From positions 8,365 through 72,364 of IMG/VR virus record IMGVR_UViG_3300049052_000033: a stretch of DNA of 64,000 bases. One strand, 5' to 3'. The first letter of the stretch is position 1. Each line of letters starts with the position of its first letter. Origin of the DNA: a virus (taxonomy: Duplodnaviria > Caudoviricetes). Positions 31,164 through 40,263 of this stretch are shown here, piece by piece. Both the position numbers and the translations under genes were made by a program. Below the pieces are notes generated by a model. The model had not been told where the DNA came from, searched no databases, and was given only the letters and a program-made list of their open reading frames with translations.

Positions 31164-31524
31164 GCTCTGGCCCTTTCCCTGGCGTCGGTTCTCCGCTGCA
31201 GGCAGGGCAGAAGGGATTGCGCCCCTTGCCGGTGCACAGCGGGTGGTGGCCCGGCATGGCGCCCGGCACCGTCTTGTCGAGGACGACATGGGCCGTGCAT
31301 TCCCGGGTGGGGTAGGGCGCTGTCGACGGCGCCGCGAAGGCTTTTAGGGCAGCCCGGTGCTCGAGCAAAAATTCCTCTATGTCGGCTTCCGCCGATGTGC
31401 AGGCGCGGCGATAGGTCTGCAGTGTGTCGGGCATGAAGCGCCGCGCGTGCATCAAGTCACGTTTCAGCCGGCGCAGCAGGTCGAAGGCTGCCACGGCAAG
31501 GTCATGTTGCTGTTGTTCGTTCAT
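31156..31524 (-). CDS. Hypothetical protein with C-terminal Cys/His cluster
   Basis: Start MNEQQQ; overlaps downstream gene. Confidence 0.6.
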   Translation of the reverse strand: MNEQQQHDLAVAAFDLLRRLKRDLMHARRFMPDTLQTYRRACTSAEADIEEFLLEHRAALKAFAAPSTAPYPTRECTAHVVLDKTVPGAMPGHHPLCTGKGRNPFCPACSGEPTPGKGPEHG

Positions 31525-31543
31525 CCACAATTCCTCGTCATCT

Positions 31544-32179
31544 TCACGGCGCCACCGCGTCGGGCGGCGAAAAGTCGTAATCGCACGGCGGCAAGGTGCG
31601 GCCGGTCGCGCGCTCAAAGCGGTCCACGATGCGGCGTACCGCGAACCACCCGTAGCAGATGCGGTTCGCCCGTCCATGCCGATCTCGGTGGCAGTGGCAC
31701 AGAAATGGCACGTCTTCGGTGACGGCTTTCTGCACGTCGAGCTGGGTCTGGGCGCAACCGTTGGGCACCGTCCCTGCGCGAAACGCGCAGCTCTGGCAGC
31801 GCTCATCCTGTTCCCCCTCCCGCATCAGGGTGGCGATTTCGGCGTCCGCCAGCCGGGCCATCACGGCGCCGGCCTGCCGGCCTGCTGCGCTGACACGGCG
31901 GTGGGCATGCGCCGCCGGCACATGCTGTTCTGCGGGACGGGTGCCGGTGGACGCCGCCACCACCACCGCCTGGCCCTTGCTGCCAATCTGAAGGCACAGG
32001 CGCGACAGGCCGCCGCTGCCGGGGCCATAGTCGACCCGCCACTGGTCGCCGGGGTCGGTTTCGCCGGATAGAAAGACCACTGTCCCCGTTTCGCCGGTCG
32101 GATGGCGAAGCGTGTCGCCGGCATGGATTGGAGAGCCCGCGTAGTCGGGCCAGGGCGCATGCACCCGCACGCCCGCCAT
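31544..32179 (-). CDS. Hypothetical protein with Cys-rich C-terminal domain (CxxCAF...FLCH...C.GW)
   Basis: TAATG coupling to upstream gene. Confidence 0.6.
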   Translation of the reverse strand: MAGVRVHAPWPDYAGSPIHAGDTLRHPTGETGTVVFLSGETDPGDQWRVDYGPGSGGLSRLCLQIGSKGQAVVVAASTGTRPAEQHVPAAHAHRRVSAAGRQAGAVMARLADAEIATLMREGEQDERCQSCAFRAGTVPNGCAQTQLDVQKAVTEDVPFLCHCHRDRHGRANRICYGWFAVRRIVDRFERATGRTLPPCDYDFSPPDAVAP

Positions 32180-33279
32180 TATGCCGCCTCCCGTGTATCG
32201 ACTGCGATCACCTGGTTGCCATCGCCATCCCAGCCTCGCACTTCGTCGGCCGTGAACTTGCCGGCCTGCGACTGGTCGGGCGTATAGCCCCTGAAGCCGG
32301 CCTTGTGGTACAAACGGCACTCCGTGTTCCACACCACGTACAGCGCCAGACGGCCCGGGAACAGAATGTCGCGTAGGACCGCCGCACGTTCGAAGTTCAT
32401 CGCTGTGACGGCCGCGTGTAATTCGCCCTCCAGCGAACGGCGGCGGGCCTCGCTGTTACGCTTCAATCGCACCCGGTCAGGGCAGCGCGTAAGCAGCTCA
32501 AAGCTGGCAAGATTGCGAACGTCGTAGCGTCCCGTGATGACCCACCACATATTGTTGATGTTGTAGAAAGTGGTGCCCCGACACAGGCGCCCCTTGCGGT
32601 CGTAATACCAGACCACCGCGCCATGCCGCACCGTGCCGTCATCGGCCGACCGGTTGTTGTAGCTTTGTTCCTCGCCGCTACGACGCCCCAGCCCACTTTT
32701 GTGATGCCAGCACGCACGGCTGTCAGCCTGCACCCATTCCAGCGCCGTCAAGCCATCGGGTCCACAGTGGCGGGTCGAAGGAGAAAAGGCGTAGCCCGTG
32801 AAGACGTTACACAGGTAATTGCGGATACGGCGTCGGGTGCGCTCCATTTCCAGCCGCAGCAGGTACGGCATGACCGCCTCCTTGTTTGGCTCGTGCTTGC
32901 CGCCATGGTCCGGACGGTTGGGCGTGTGCACCGACTGCCACATGTCGAAACTGATGCAGCGGCCAGAAATGTGCAGTTCGCCAAACAGATCCCCTTTCCG
33001 GCAGTTGCGGCGACTTTCCGATGCCCAGCGGGCCACATCGCCACCGTAATGCTTGATATCGTGGTCGCTAACCGGTGGCAGTGCACACTGCCAGCCCAGC
33101 CGATTCAGGGTCTGCACGACACGCGCAAAGACGTCCCGCTTGAACTGGCGGGACCATGCTTTTTCGGCTGGATAGCCGCCGGCGGCACGCGCCCCGGCAA
33201 TGCCATCTTCCCAGATACCCAGGCCGGCGTCACCGAAGCGGATCTCCCCGGCACGGGTAATGCGTCCAATCGTCTTCAT
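32179..33279 (-). CDS. Phage protein with UVR-like motif near C-terminus
   Basis: ATGA overlap with methyltransferase; LEGELHAAV..MNFERAAVLRD resembles UvrB/C motif. Confidence 0.7.
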   Translation of the reverse strand: MKTIGRITRAGEIRFGDAGLGIWEDGIAGARAAGGYPAEKAWSRQFKRDVFARVVQTLNRLGWQCALPPVSDHDIKHYGGDVARWASESRRNCRKGDLFGELHISGRCISFDMWQSVHTPNRPDHGGKHEPNKEAVMPYLLRLEMERTRRRIRNYLCNVFTGYAFSPSTRHCGPDGLTALEWVQADSRACWHHKSGLGRRSGEEQSYNNRSADDGTVRHGAVVWYYDRKGRLCRGTTFYNINNMWWVITGRYDVRNLASFELLTRCPDRVRLKRNSEARRRSLEGELHAAVTAMNFERAAVLRDILFPGRLALYVVWNTECRLYHKAGFRGYTPDQSQAGKFTADEVRGWDGDGNQVIAVDTREAA

Positions 33280-34826
33280 GCTGCCATCCTCCATACTCGT
33301 TCATGGCGGAAGTTCGCTTCGATCAGCGCGCGGGCCACCGGTGGGCACACAGAATTGCCGATCATGCGAATCTGTTCCGCGTTGGTCAATGTCTTGCCGT
33401 TGTAAATCGCTTCCAGCACATAGCTTTCCGGGAAGCCTTGCGCGCGCGCCAGCTCGCGTGGCGTCAGCATGCGCATGCCGATATCGACAATCGCGTAAGG
33501 CTCGCCGCGCACCATCACCAGGGCAATACGGTCCTTGGTCGGGATGGTGTGCATCGGGTCGTCCAGCGACTGGTCCTGCCCGCCCGTGCTGTAGTACTTG
33601 ATCAGGAAGGCGCGCACTTCCGCGTGGTGGTTGCCGCCGGCGCTGACGGTATGGAGCGGTTCGGCCACGTCGGCCGCCACGCTGGTGCCGCGCAGCTTGA
33701 TCATGGTGCTGGCCACCATGGCGTCGTCGTTGGCGGCCTGCGCATCGGTCGGCCACGGCGCATCCGGCCCGATTTCCCGCCCGTTGTACTTCATCAGCAT
33801 GGCCGAGACCAGGGCGAAGTGGCCGCCCTTGACTTCGGCGCACTGGGTGCGCAGCGGTTCGTTGATATCGAACACGCGCTGGGTCGAACCATTGGCGTGC
33901 TCCGTGAGGAACGGTGCGGCGTCGCCCGGCACGATGAACGGTTCCGGGTTGTCGATGATGTACTTCATGACGCCCTTGGCGATGCGCGCCATGGTCTTGT
34001 CCGCCAGCGGCTTGGTGCGGTTGAAGATGCTGCGCACCGGGATGGACCAGTCGATGCATTCGGCTGCCGTGCGGTAGGGCAACAGACCGCTGCGGTCGAA
34101 ACCGCGCGCCTTCGGATCGCCGTGAGTGGGTGACGGCCAGCGGATCGGCTTGCCATCGCGGCGCGCGAACATGAACAGGCGTCTGCGAATGGTCGGCGTC
34201 CCGTAGTCGCAGGCGTACAAAATGCGCCATTCGACCTTGTAGCCCAGGCCCTGATACAGGCGTTCCATCGGGAAGTCGCTGCCCAGGGCTTCGTAGATTT
34301 CGGGCACGTCCGGATGGTCGCGGTCGACGCCGGTGGTCAGTGCGGCGATGAACGCGTCGAAGGTGCGGCCTTTTTCCGACTTGATGACGCGGCCCTCGTC
34401 GTCCAGAGGGCCCCATTCGCGGAATTCTTCCACGTTTTCAAGCCCAATGCAGCGCGGCGCCTGGAACGCGCCCCATTTCAGCGTGACCCAAGCGAGGCCG
34501 CGAATACCCTTTTCGCGCGGCTTGCCGCCCTTGGCCTTGCTGTGGTGCTTGCAGTCCGGACTGAACCACGCCAGTCCGATCGGGCGCTGGCCAGTGACAA
34601 GCCCCGGGTGGACGTCGAACACGTCTTCCCGGTAGTGGCGCGTGGTAGGGTGGTTGGCCGCATGCATGGCCAAGGCAGGACCATCGTGATTGATCGCGAT
34701 ATCAGGCTGGCGCCCCAGTGCCTGGTAGATGCCTTCAGAGGCGCCACCGCCGCCGGCGAAGTTGTCGATGACCAGTTCATGGCCCAGATCCAGCATCATC
34801 TGGATCAGCGCGTCCTCCCGTTTCAT
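33276..34826 (-). CDS. DNA cytosine-5 methyltransferase
   Basis: DNFAGGGG (motif I), FSPDCKHHS (IV), LENVEEF (VI), RRRLF (VIII), RELARAQGFP, IGNSVCP (X). Confidence 0.93.
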   Translation of the reverse strand: MKREDALIQMMLDLGHELVIDNFAGGGGASEGIYQALGRQPDIAINHDGPALAMHAANHPTTRHYREDVFDVHPGLVTGQRPIGLAWFSPDCKHHSKAKGGKPREKGIRGLAWVTLKWGAFQAPRCIGLENVEEFREWGPLDDEGRVIKSEKGRTFDAFIAALTTGVDRDHPDVPEIYEALGSDFPMERLYQGLGYKVEWRILYACDYGTPTIRRRLFMFARRDGKPIRWPSPTHGDPKARGFDRSGLLPYRTAAECIDWSIPVRSIFNRTKPLADKTMARIAKGVMKYIIDNPEPFIVPGDAAPFLTEHANGSTQRVFDINEPLRTQCAEVKGGHFALVSAMLMKYNGREIGPDAPWPTDAQAANDDAMVASTMIKLRGTSVAADVAEPLHTVSAGGNHHAEVRAFLIKYYSTGGQDQSLDDPMHTIPTKDRIALVMVRGEPYAIVDIGMRMLTPRELARAQGFPESYVLEAIYNGKTLTNAEQIRMIGNSVCPPVARALIEANFRHERVWRMAA

Positions 34827-35503
34827 GCAGCCTCCCGGGTAGCGCGGGTGTGCGTGGACAACGAGGCAAGGCGCTTGAACGTGATGACCCAGACCCATGG
34901 ATTGCTCAACCAGCTACCGCCGGTCGAGTCCCACAGGTCGGCGAAGCGCTGGCGCGGCGTACTGCTGGTGAACGGCCGGCCGTCCGGCAGGGTCATGGCG
35001 GTGCCTTCGGCGACGATATCGGCGTCGCTGATGGCCTGCAGGCGTTCCACGCGCACGTCGACAATCTCCAGTTCCAGGCGGCAGGCCCAGCGCGGCATGT
35101 GGATGCTGGGCCGCCAGCCTTGGCGCAGGTTCTCGTCGGAGTCGAGGTACTCCGGTGTCGGGCCACCGTCGGCCGCGTACTCGCAGTAAGCCGGCTGCTG
35201 GTAAGGCGCCGGGTTGCGCCACAGGCGTGGCGCCTCGTCGCTGCTGACCAGCGGCCCCTGCCATGTCTCGCGCACCCAGATGCGGTCGCCCGGGCCACCG
35301 TATGGGCAGTGCTGGCCTTTTTGTTTCAGCAGCTGCAGCAGCACGGCGGGATCGCCATCCCACGGCACCATGCGCGCACCCTGCACCATCATCGGGGGCG
35401 GGTCAATCAGGCGGCGCGTCATGGTCTTGGTATCGGCGAAGATGGCGCGCACTAGTGGCCCCTTGAACAGCAGCGGGGAGTATTTCGGGTTACCGGCGCT
35501 CAT
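34823..35503 (-). CDS. ASCH/PUA-like phage protein
   Basis: KTMTRR, GDRIWVRETW, WRPSIHMPRWACRLELEI..VRVERLQ.IS, NPWVWVITF. Confidence 0.8.
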   Translation of the reverse strand: MSAGNPKYSPLLFKGPLVRAIFADTKTMTRRLIDPPPMMVQGARMVPWDGDPAVLLQLLKQKGQHCPYGGPGDRIWVRETWQGPLVSSDEAPRLWRNPAPYQQPAYCEYAADGGPTPEYLDSDENLRQGWRPSIHMPRWACRLELEIVDVRVERLQAISDADIVAEGTAMTLPDGRPFTSSTPRQRFADLWDSTGGSWLSNPWVWVITFKRLASLSTHTRATREAA

Positions 35504-35871
35504 TGGGGCGCCTGGTCCTTGCCAGCGACCTGGTAGTGGTCCAGCTGGCCAGCATCTTTCAGGCGCTGCGCCCACAATGGCGCGCGTCCGCGTCCGGTCC
35601 ACGTTTCGTTCGTGTTGTCCGGGTTGAAGTAGCGCGGCGCCACTTTGGTGACGGTCTTGGCCGGCTTTTCTTTGGCCAGCAATTCTTCCACGCTCATATC
35701 GACGCTGGCGGCAATACGGAATATCTCCGCCCGCGCCAGCTCCCTGCGTTCCTTGTCGCGTTTCTGGGCCAAGTGGCTAAAGGCGCCAGCCAGCTGTAAA
35801 AATTCCTCCACGGTCAGAATCTCCGCGCGGTCGAGAATGTCTTGTACTGCCTTGCTAATCGGGTGAATCAT
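35500..35871 (-). CDS. hns: H-NS family nucleoid-associated protein
   Basis: C-terminal PRYFNP....ETWTGRGRAPLW DNA-binding signature. Confidence 0.9.
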   Translation of the reverse strand: MIHPISKAVQDILDRAEILTVEEFLQLAGAFSHLAQKRDKERRELARAEIFRIAASVDMSVEELLAKEKPAKTVTKVAPRYFNPDNTNETWTGRGRAPLWAQRLKDAGQLDHYQVAGKDQAPQ

Positions 35872-35899
35872 CCAGTCTCTCCAATCTGTTTAAAGTGCG

Positions 35900-35918
35900 T
35901 TACAACAATTTATTGTAA
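35900..35918. promoter_or_regulatory. Predicted repressor operator overlapping leftward promoter of hns operon
   Basis: TTACAA-N7-TTGTAA, same arms as 53039-53057; overlaps -10 TACAAT of a TTCAAT-17-TACAAT promoter on the minus strand. Confidence 0.7.
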
Positions 35919-36018
35919 GCGATTTAAATAAATAATTGAAGTTTTTTAAAGCAGTCTGGACGGCGGCTTTAAAGCCACGTCAGAATGGCGGGGCAGGGTC
36001 ATTCAACAGGAAAGCGAT

Positions 36019-36750
36019 ATGGAAGAATTGACGCGGTACAGTAAGGACGGCGAGTTCGGGATTAAGGAGTTCCCAGAGTGTCCCATCGTGGTACTGGAAG
36101 GGACGGACGCCGACTTCGCGGCCGACCTGACCCTGCACCTGAAAGACCTGCAGTTTGCGGCGAACTGCCTGGCCCAGCTGAATGACCTGCCAGCCGACAA
36201 CCAGGTGCTGCTGGATGCGCTCTGGCTGGCGGCGGTCAGTCGATTCGCGCGCTGCTTCATGCACGGCAAGCGGCATCGGCTCGATCGCGACATCATCTAC
36301 ACGCCCTACGGCGATCGGGCGCTGCAGGCGTTCGACCTGTTCCACGCCCTGCGCAGCGAGCACTTTGCCCATGACGTCAACGGCCTGACCGCGGTGCATC
36401 TGGCAGCGGTACTGGCGCCGAACGACATGCCGCGCAAGGTCGTGCGCATCATCACCACGCAGGATATTGGCGAAACACTGTCGCCGGCTTTCATGGCGTC
36501 GCTGGCCGCGCTCATTGATGTGGCCATCGGCTGGGTCGAGGACCAATACGACGCACTGTGTGACCACCTGCGCAAGCAGCTGGAAAAGGAATCCTACGAG
36601 GCCCTGCTAGCCCGGCCAAAGCTGGATCTGGCGCGGGTCCAGCGCGATCTGCGGGCGCCGGCCGCACTGACCAAGAACGCGCGGCCATCGCGCAAAGGGG
36701 CTCCATCGTTCGACTGGTTGACCAAGGACGACGCCCCGTCGGAAGGGTGA
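36019..36750 (+). CDS. Hypothetical protein, candidate HEPN-like RNase (moron)
   Basis: Opposite orientation to neighbours; AGGA RBS; RSEHFAH (R-x5-H) motif in helical protein. Confidence 0.55.
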   Translation: MEELTRYSKDGEFGIKEFPECPIVVLEGTDADFAADLTLHLKDLQFAANCLAQLNDLPADNQVLLDALWLAAVSRFARCFMHGKRHRLDRDIIYTPYGDRALQAFDLFHALRSEHFAHDVNGLTAVHLAAVLAPNDMPRKVVRIITTQDIGETLSPAFMASLAALIDVAIGWVEDQYDALCDHLRKQLEKESYEALLARPKLDLARVQRDLRAPAALTKNARPSRKGAPSFDWLTKDDAPSEG

Positions 36751-36806
36751 TTGCGTAAGCAGGAGTCCCCGTCCAGACAAGCCAAACCACGCAGCAGGGC
36801 GATCGG

Positions 36807-37400
36807 TTACGCCGCCAGGCTGACGATCTGGGCGTGAATGCGGCGTGGCGCCGGCGCATCGCGCTCGCGGCGCGCTTCCCGGGCGCGCAGTTCCTTGCGC
36901 ATCGGCCCCTGCATGGCCAGGATCTTGTCCAGTAGTTCCTGCACCGTTTCCGGTTCGGTGATCAGCTCCTGCGGCGCCGGCGCATCGAGCTGGCGGAACA
37001 GGCTCAGGTTCCGGAGCGGCTTGTTCTCGATACGCATCAAATATGGCTCTCCGTCGACCCAGCGTGCCGACTCCACCGGATGGCGGCCCTGGATGAATAC
37101 ATCCTTGGTGCTGGCCAGCGTTTCAATTTGAATCACCACATGATCCAGGTCACGCGTACCACGGTAGCTGTCATGCAGGCATGACTGCAGCAGGTCCATG
37201 TAGCCCCGGATGCGACCATAACCGGTCATGCCCAGTCCCTTGTGGTGCAGCATCAGGTGCAACTCGTTGTGCTGATATGACTCCTGCGTCGCGATCGACC
37301 AGCCAGAGCGTGTCAGGGTATAGGTGTCGGACTCCCACCCGGCCCACGCTACGCGGATCGGGTGGCCCTGCACCATGTAAGTGTCAGTTGAACGAGCCAT
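36807..37400 (-). CDS. Hypothetical phage protein (197 aa)
   Basis: Clean ORF coupled to upstream small gene. Confidence 0.7.
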   Translation of the reverse strand: MARSTDTYMVQGHPIRVAWAGWESDTYTLTRSGWSIATQESYQHNELHLMLHHKGLGMTGYGRIRGYMDLLQSCLHDSYRGTRDLDHVVIQIETLASTKDVFIQGRHPVESARWVDGEPYLMRIENKPLRNLSLFRQLDAPAPQELITEPETVQELLDKILAMQGPMRKELRAREARRERDAPAPRRIHAQIVSLAA

Positions 37401-37569
37401 CCGCGATGCTCGCCTTCAGGTCCTCGATTTCGGCTTCGATGTTGCGGACCACCTGCTTCGCCCCTTCCAGCGCACGCAACTTCGTCACCAGTGCGCGCTT
37501 CGCCTTCTCGCTGCGCTCTTTCGATACTTCCAGCTCCGCGTCCTTAATGACCTGTTTGATGTCAATCAT
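37384..37569 (-). CDS. Small coiled-coil protein (61 aa)
   Basis: GGAG RBS; MIDIKQVIKDAELE... Confidence 0.65.
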   Translation of the reverse strand: MIDIKQVIKDAELEVSKERSEKAKRALVTKLRALEGAKQVVRNIEAEIEDLKASIADGSFN

Positions 37570-37747
37570 ATGTCCTCCGTTGAATGATGATGGTGTAAGG
37601 GAACAGGCGGTGCCACCAGCGGCGGGCCCGTAAATGCTTCTTCGCGGCGCCGACCGCCGCGCGGTACTTCTCGTAATCCAGCTCGGCCCGGGCCGCGGCA
37701 AGAATCGCCTGCGCGTCGACGCAGATGTGCTGGGCCAGGTAATTCAT
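37562..37747 (-). CDS. Small hypothetical protein (61 aa)
   Basis: Overlap coupling on both sides. Confidence 0.6.
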   Translation of the reverse strand: MNYLAQHICVDAQAILAAARAELDYEKYRAAVGAAKKHLRARRWWHRLFPYTIIIQRRTYD

Positions 37748-38130
37748 GACACTGCGGCCACGCCCTCAATTGGCGCCGCTGCGGCTTCGGCCTCCAGCTG
37801 CGCTTCGTGGTAGCGGGCCAGCGCCTGCAGATAGCGGGCAAAGGCTTCCTGGCGATCCTTGGCCGCCACAATGTGTTCGCCGATGCCGTTGGTGTAACGG
37901 CGGAGCAGCACGGCGCCCGCGGCACACGCTTCGGGCGGCACCACCGTCATCCAGTACAGCGCACAGTGCGCCAGCTGATCCGGGGTCAGGCCTTCCGGCT
38001 GCGGGATCGGGCTGTATGGGTCGGGGCCGACGGCCGACGGTGGCACGACAGGCCGTTCTTCGGTGAGCGGCGTGGGCGCCAGCCGGGCGCTGGCCGACAG
38101 GCTGGCAAACCAGCGTTTCAAGCGGTGCAT
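37744..38130 (-). CDS. Hypothetical protein (128 aa)
   Basis: GGAG RBS; downstream of promoter copy 2. Confidence 0.7.
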   Translation of the reverse strand: MHRLKRWFASLSASARLAPTPLTEERPVVPPSAVGPDPYSPIPQPEGLTPDQLAHCALYWMTVVPPEACAAGAVLLRRYTNGIGEHIVAAKDRQEAFARYLQALARYHEAQLEAEAAAAPIEGVAAVS

Positions 38131-38156
38131 AGGGTCTCCACAAGGTCGAAAGCCAC

Positions 38157-38191
38157 AGTGTCAGGGTAATCCCGGGAAAACTTGGGATTTA
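38157..38191 (-). promoter_or_regulatory. Conserved phage promoter copy 2 (TAAATCCCAAGTTTT-N14-GACACT)
   Basis: Exact 15-mer; same spacing. Confidence 0.65.
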
Positions 38192-38637
38192 GTTCCTGCG
38201 CCGGAAATCCCACCCGAGGAATGTCCGGGCAAAGCCCGGCAAGATGCCATTCACGACGGAAAAACCACCAGAGGATTTCAGCGGCCGGGAGCTGCAAACT
38301 GGCGTCAGCTGGGGGCCGTATCCGTGATGCGGAGCATCGCACCCACAATAGGAAAAGTGGCCCGGTCGAATAGATTTTCACCCATCACAATGGATTCACC
38401 AGGTGGACCGGACATGGAAAACCCACCAGAGGAACCGACCAGGGAGGTGAGGAAAAATAGACATGAAAAGGGTGTGCTTAACCCGGACAATGGCTTCGAC
38501 AATTTGGGAAACCAGCCGCAGTCGAATAGTTCTGGCCCCTTGAAAATCCGCTTTACCGATTGACCGACGCTGGTCGTGACTGAAACCTTGATTAAGAAGC
38601 GCGCATGGGCGTGCACCAACTTAAGGAAATAAACCCG

Positions 38638-38817
38638 ATGAAACCTTTGACTAAACTCTTGGAAACGTTGTGCGACAAAGCAGGCCCGGCCGCGAAGCAG
38701 CTGCAGCGCTATCCGGTTGGCGCCCAGCTGCTGCGCAGCCTGTTCGACCGCGCCCTGATCGCGCTCGCCCTGTGGATCATTTACCAGCTGGTGGTTGTCT
38801 TCGCCCGCGCAGTGTAA
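38638..38817 (+). CDS. Small membrane protein (59 aa)
   Basis: TAAGGA RBS; C-terminal hydrophobic helix. Confidence 0.55.
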   Translation: MKPLTKLLETLCDKAGPAAKQLQRYPVGAQLLRSLFDRALIALALWIIYQLVVVFARAV

Positions 38818-38843
38818 TGGAGCGAAGACAACCTGGGCGAGGC

Positions 38844-39395
38844 TCAGCGACGACTGCTAAAGCTGCTGGTCGACGTCGACGGGCGGTAGCTGCTGCTGGT
38901 GCTGATGCTGGAACTACTACGGTACGACGGTGCATTGCTCACGGCGGCGACGCTGGATCGGTAGCTGGGAGTGGCCGGCGCAGCGGTCGGCTTGGGTGGT
39001 GGAGACGTGAAGGCCGGCTTGATGGTGGGCGCCGGCGCCACCGGTGGCACGGCCGCTTTCGGCGCCTGTTGCACCACTACGGTCTTGTGCACCACTGTCT
39101 GGTGCACGGTGGGCGCTGGCGGCGCAGCACGCGGGCTGTCGCGGCCGTTCAGGGCGGTGGCTGCGACGTAGCCGGCGGCGGCGCCGACCAGCATGTCGGT
39201 CATGCCGTTACTTGGGGCGGGCTGGTTGATGATGACGGGTGCGGCTGGCGCAGTGCCGACGGTGGCCGCTGGTGCAGCCGCAGCTGGCGGCGGCGCTGCA
39301 GCCGGCGCATGTGGTGGTTCGTTCTGGCCGCAGGCCGACAGCATGAGGGTGGCGGCCATCAGGATGGCCAGGGAGCGGGTGCGTGTGCGTTGCAT
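38844..39395 (-). CDS. Low-complexity lipoprotein
   Basis: Signal peptide with LMLSA-C lipobox; Pro/Ala then Ser-rich tail; GAGG RBS. Confidence 0.75.
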   Translation of the reverse strand: MQRTRTRSLAILMAATLMLSACGQNEPPHAPAAAPPPAAAAPAATVGTAPAAPVIINQPAPSNGMTDMLVGAAAGYVAATALNGRDSPRAAPPAPTVHQTVVHKTVVVQQAPKAAVPPVAPAPTIKPAFTSPPPKPTAAPATPSYRSSVAAVSNAPSYRSSSSISTSSSYRPSTSTSSFSSRR

Positions 39396-39432
39396 AGTTC
39401 CTCGCAAATTGACTGGCAACATTGCCGCACGC

Positions 39433-39467
39433 AGTATCCGGCCGTCTTCGCTAAAACTTGGGATTTA
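39433..39467 (-). promoter_or_regulatory. Conserved phage promoter copy 3 (TAAATCCCAAGTTTT-N14-GATACT)
   Basis: Exact 15-mer beginning at stop codon of upstream gene. Confidence 0.65.
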
Positions 39468-39911
39468 GCTGACGGCACTGGCAGCAGCGTGCGCCTGAAG
39501 CGCCGCGGCATATGCATTGACCGCGCGGCCAGCGGCATCGAAGGCGAGGAACCATGCATATGACAGGGCCAGGCCAATGAACTGCTGCGCCGGCTGGCCG
39601 CACGGGACAAAGGCGCCTTGTAGGTTGGCGATGATGAGTACGAACGGTACCGTCATCAGGACAAGTACCACGCACCAGAGGTGGGTCAGGCGATCGAGCT
39701 GAATGGTCAGGCTGCCTTCCGCAAAGCCCCAGCGGGTCAGGACCTTGATGGACGCTGTCACGCCGGCGAGCAGCATCGACAACAGGGCCAGGAACATCAG
39801 CACTGGATGACCGGTAGGCGTTGCCGCCCACAGGGTCTGGATGCCAAAGGCGCACAGGCCAATGGCCGTCACGTGCAGGGCGGTGAAGAAACCACGCGCA
39901 ATGTAGTGCAT
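39465..39911 (-). CDS. Integral membrane protein (~4 TM)
   Basis: Hydrophobic segments; AGGAG RBS. Confidence 0.7.
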   Translation of the reverse strand: MHYIARGFFTALHVTAIGLCAFGIQTLWAATPTGHPVLMFLALLSMLLAGVTASIKVLTRWGFAEGSLTIQLDRLTHLWCVVLVLMTVPFVLIIANLQGAFVPCGQPAQQFIGLALSYAWFLAFDAAGRAVNAYAAALQAHAAASAVS

Positions 39912-39941
39912 GTCTTACTCCTATCAGGTCAAAGAGTCGCC

Positions 39942-39976
39942 ATAGTAGGAGTGGTGCGCGGAAAACTTGGGATTTA
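39942..39976 (-). promoter_or_regulatory. Conserved phage promoter copy 4 (TAAATCCCAAGTTTT-N14-TACTAT)
   Basis: Exact 15-mer beginning at stop codon of upstream gene. Confidence 0.7.
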
Positions 39977-40186
39977 GGCCGGTGCCAGCAGCGGTGGCGC
40001 CGCCAATGGCAGCACGTCGGGCACCTCGCGCGCCTCGACGTCGATCACGCCAAAGAACCGGTCAGCGGCCGCACGCCCGGCAGCAGCCATGGCGTTGGCC
40101 TTTTCGGCCTCACGTTCAGCAGCCAACTGGGCAGCCTTGGCTTCGGACGCGATGCGTAGAGCCACGAAATAGAGAGGGGTAAACAT
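39974..40186 (-). CDS. Small hypothetical protein (70 aa)
   Basis: Start moved to 40186 because the 40219 ATG overlaps the predicted -10. Confidence 0.55.
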   Translation of the reverse strand: MFTPLYFVALRIASEAKAAQLAAEREAEKANAMAAAGRAAADRFFGVIDVEAREVPDVLPLAAPPLLAPA

Positions 40187-40217
40187 GTCAGCGGTCCGGC
40201 GTGGTGGAGATCCACGC

Positions 40218-40252
40218 ATGATAGGACCGCTTGGCGAAAAACTTGGGATTGC
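40218..40252 (-). promoter_or_regulatory. Conserved phage promoter copy 5 (GCAATCCCAAGTTTT-N14-TATCAT)
   Basis: 13/15 match; shares TCCTATCAT with copy 1. Confidence 0.65.
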
Positions 40253-40263
40253 TGCCGCGCCAC

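Noticed and set aside
38168-38180. AATCCCGGGAAAA as a fourth parS-like site
   Set aside because: Only the CCCGGG core matches and it lies in the variable spacer of promoter copy 2
38157-40252. Repeats as CRISPR array or integron attC sites
   Set aside because: Repeats are 15 bp, non-palindromic, irregularly spaced around whole genes, with no cas gene or RYYYAAC/GTTRRRY ends; fixed spacing to -10 hexamers fits promoters better
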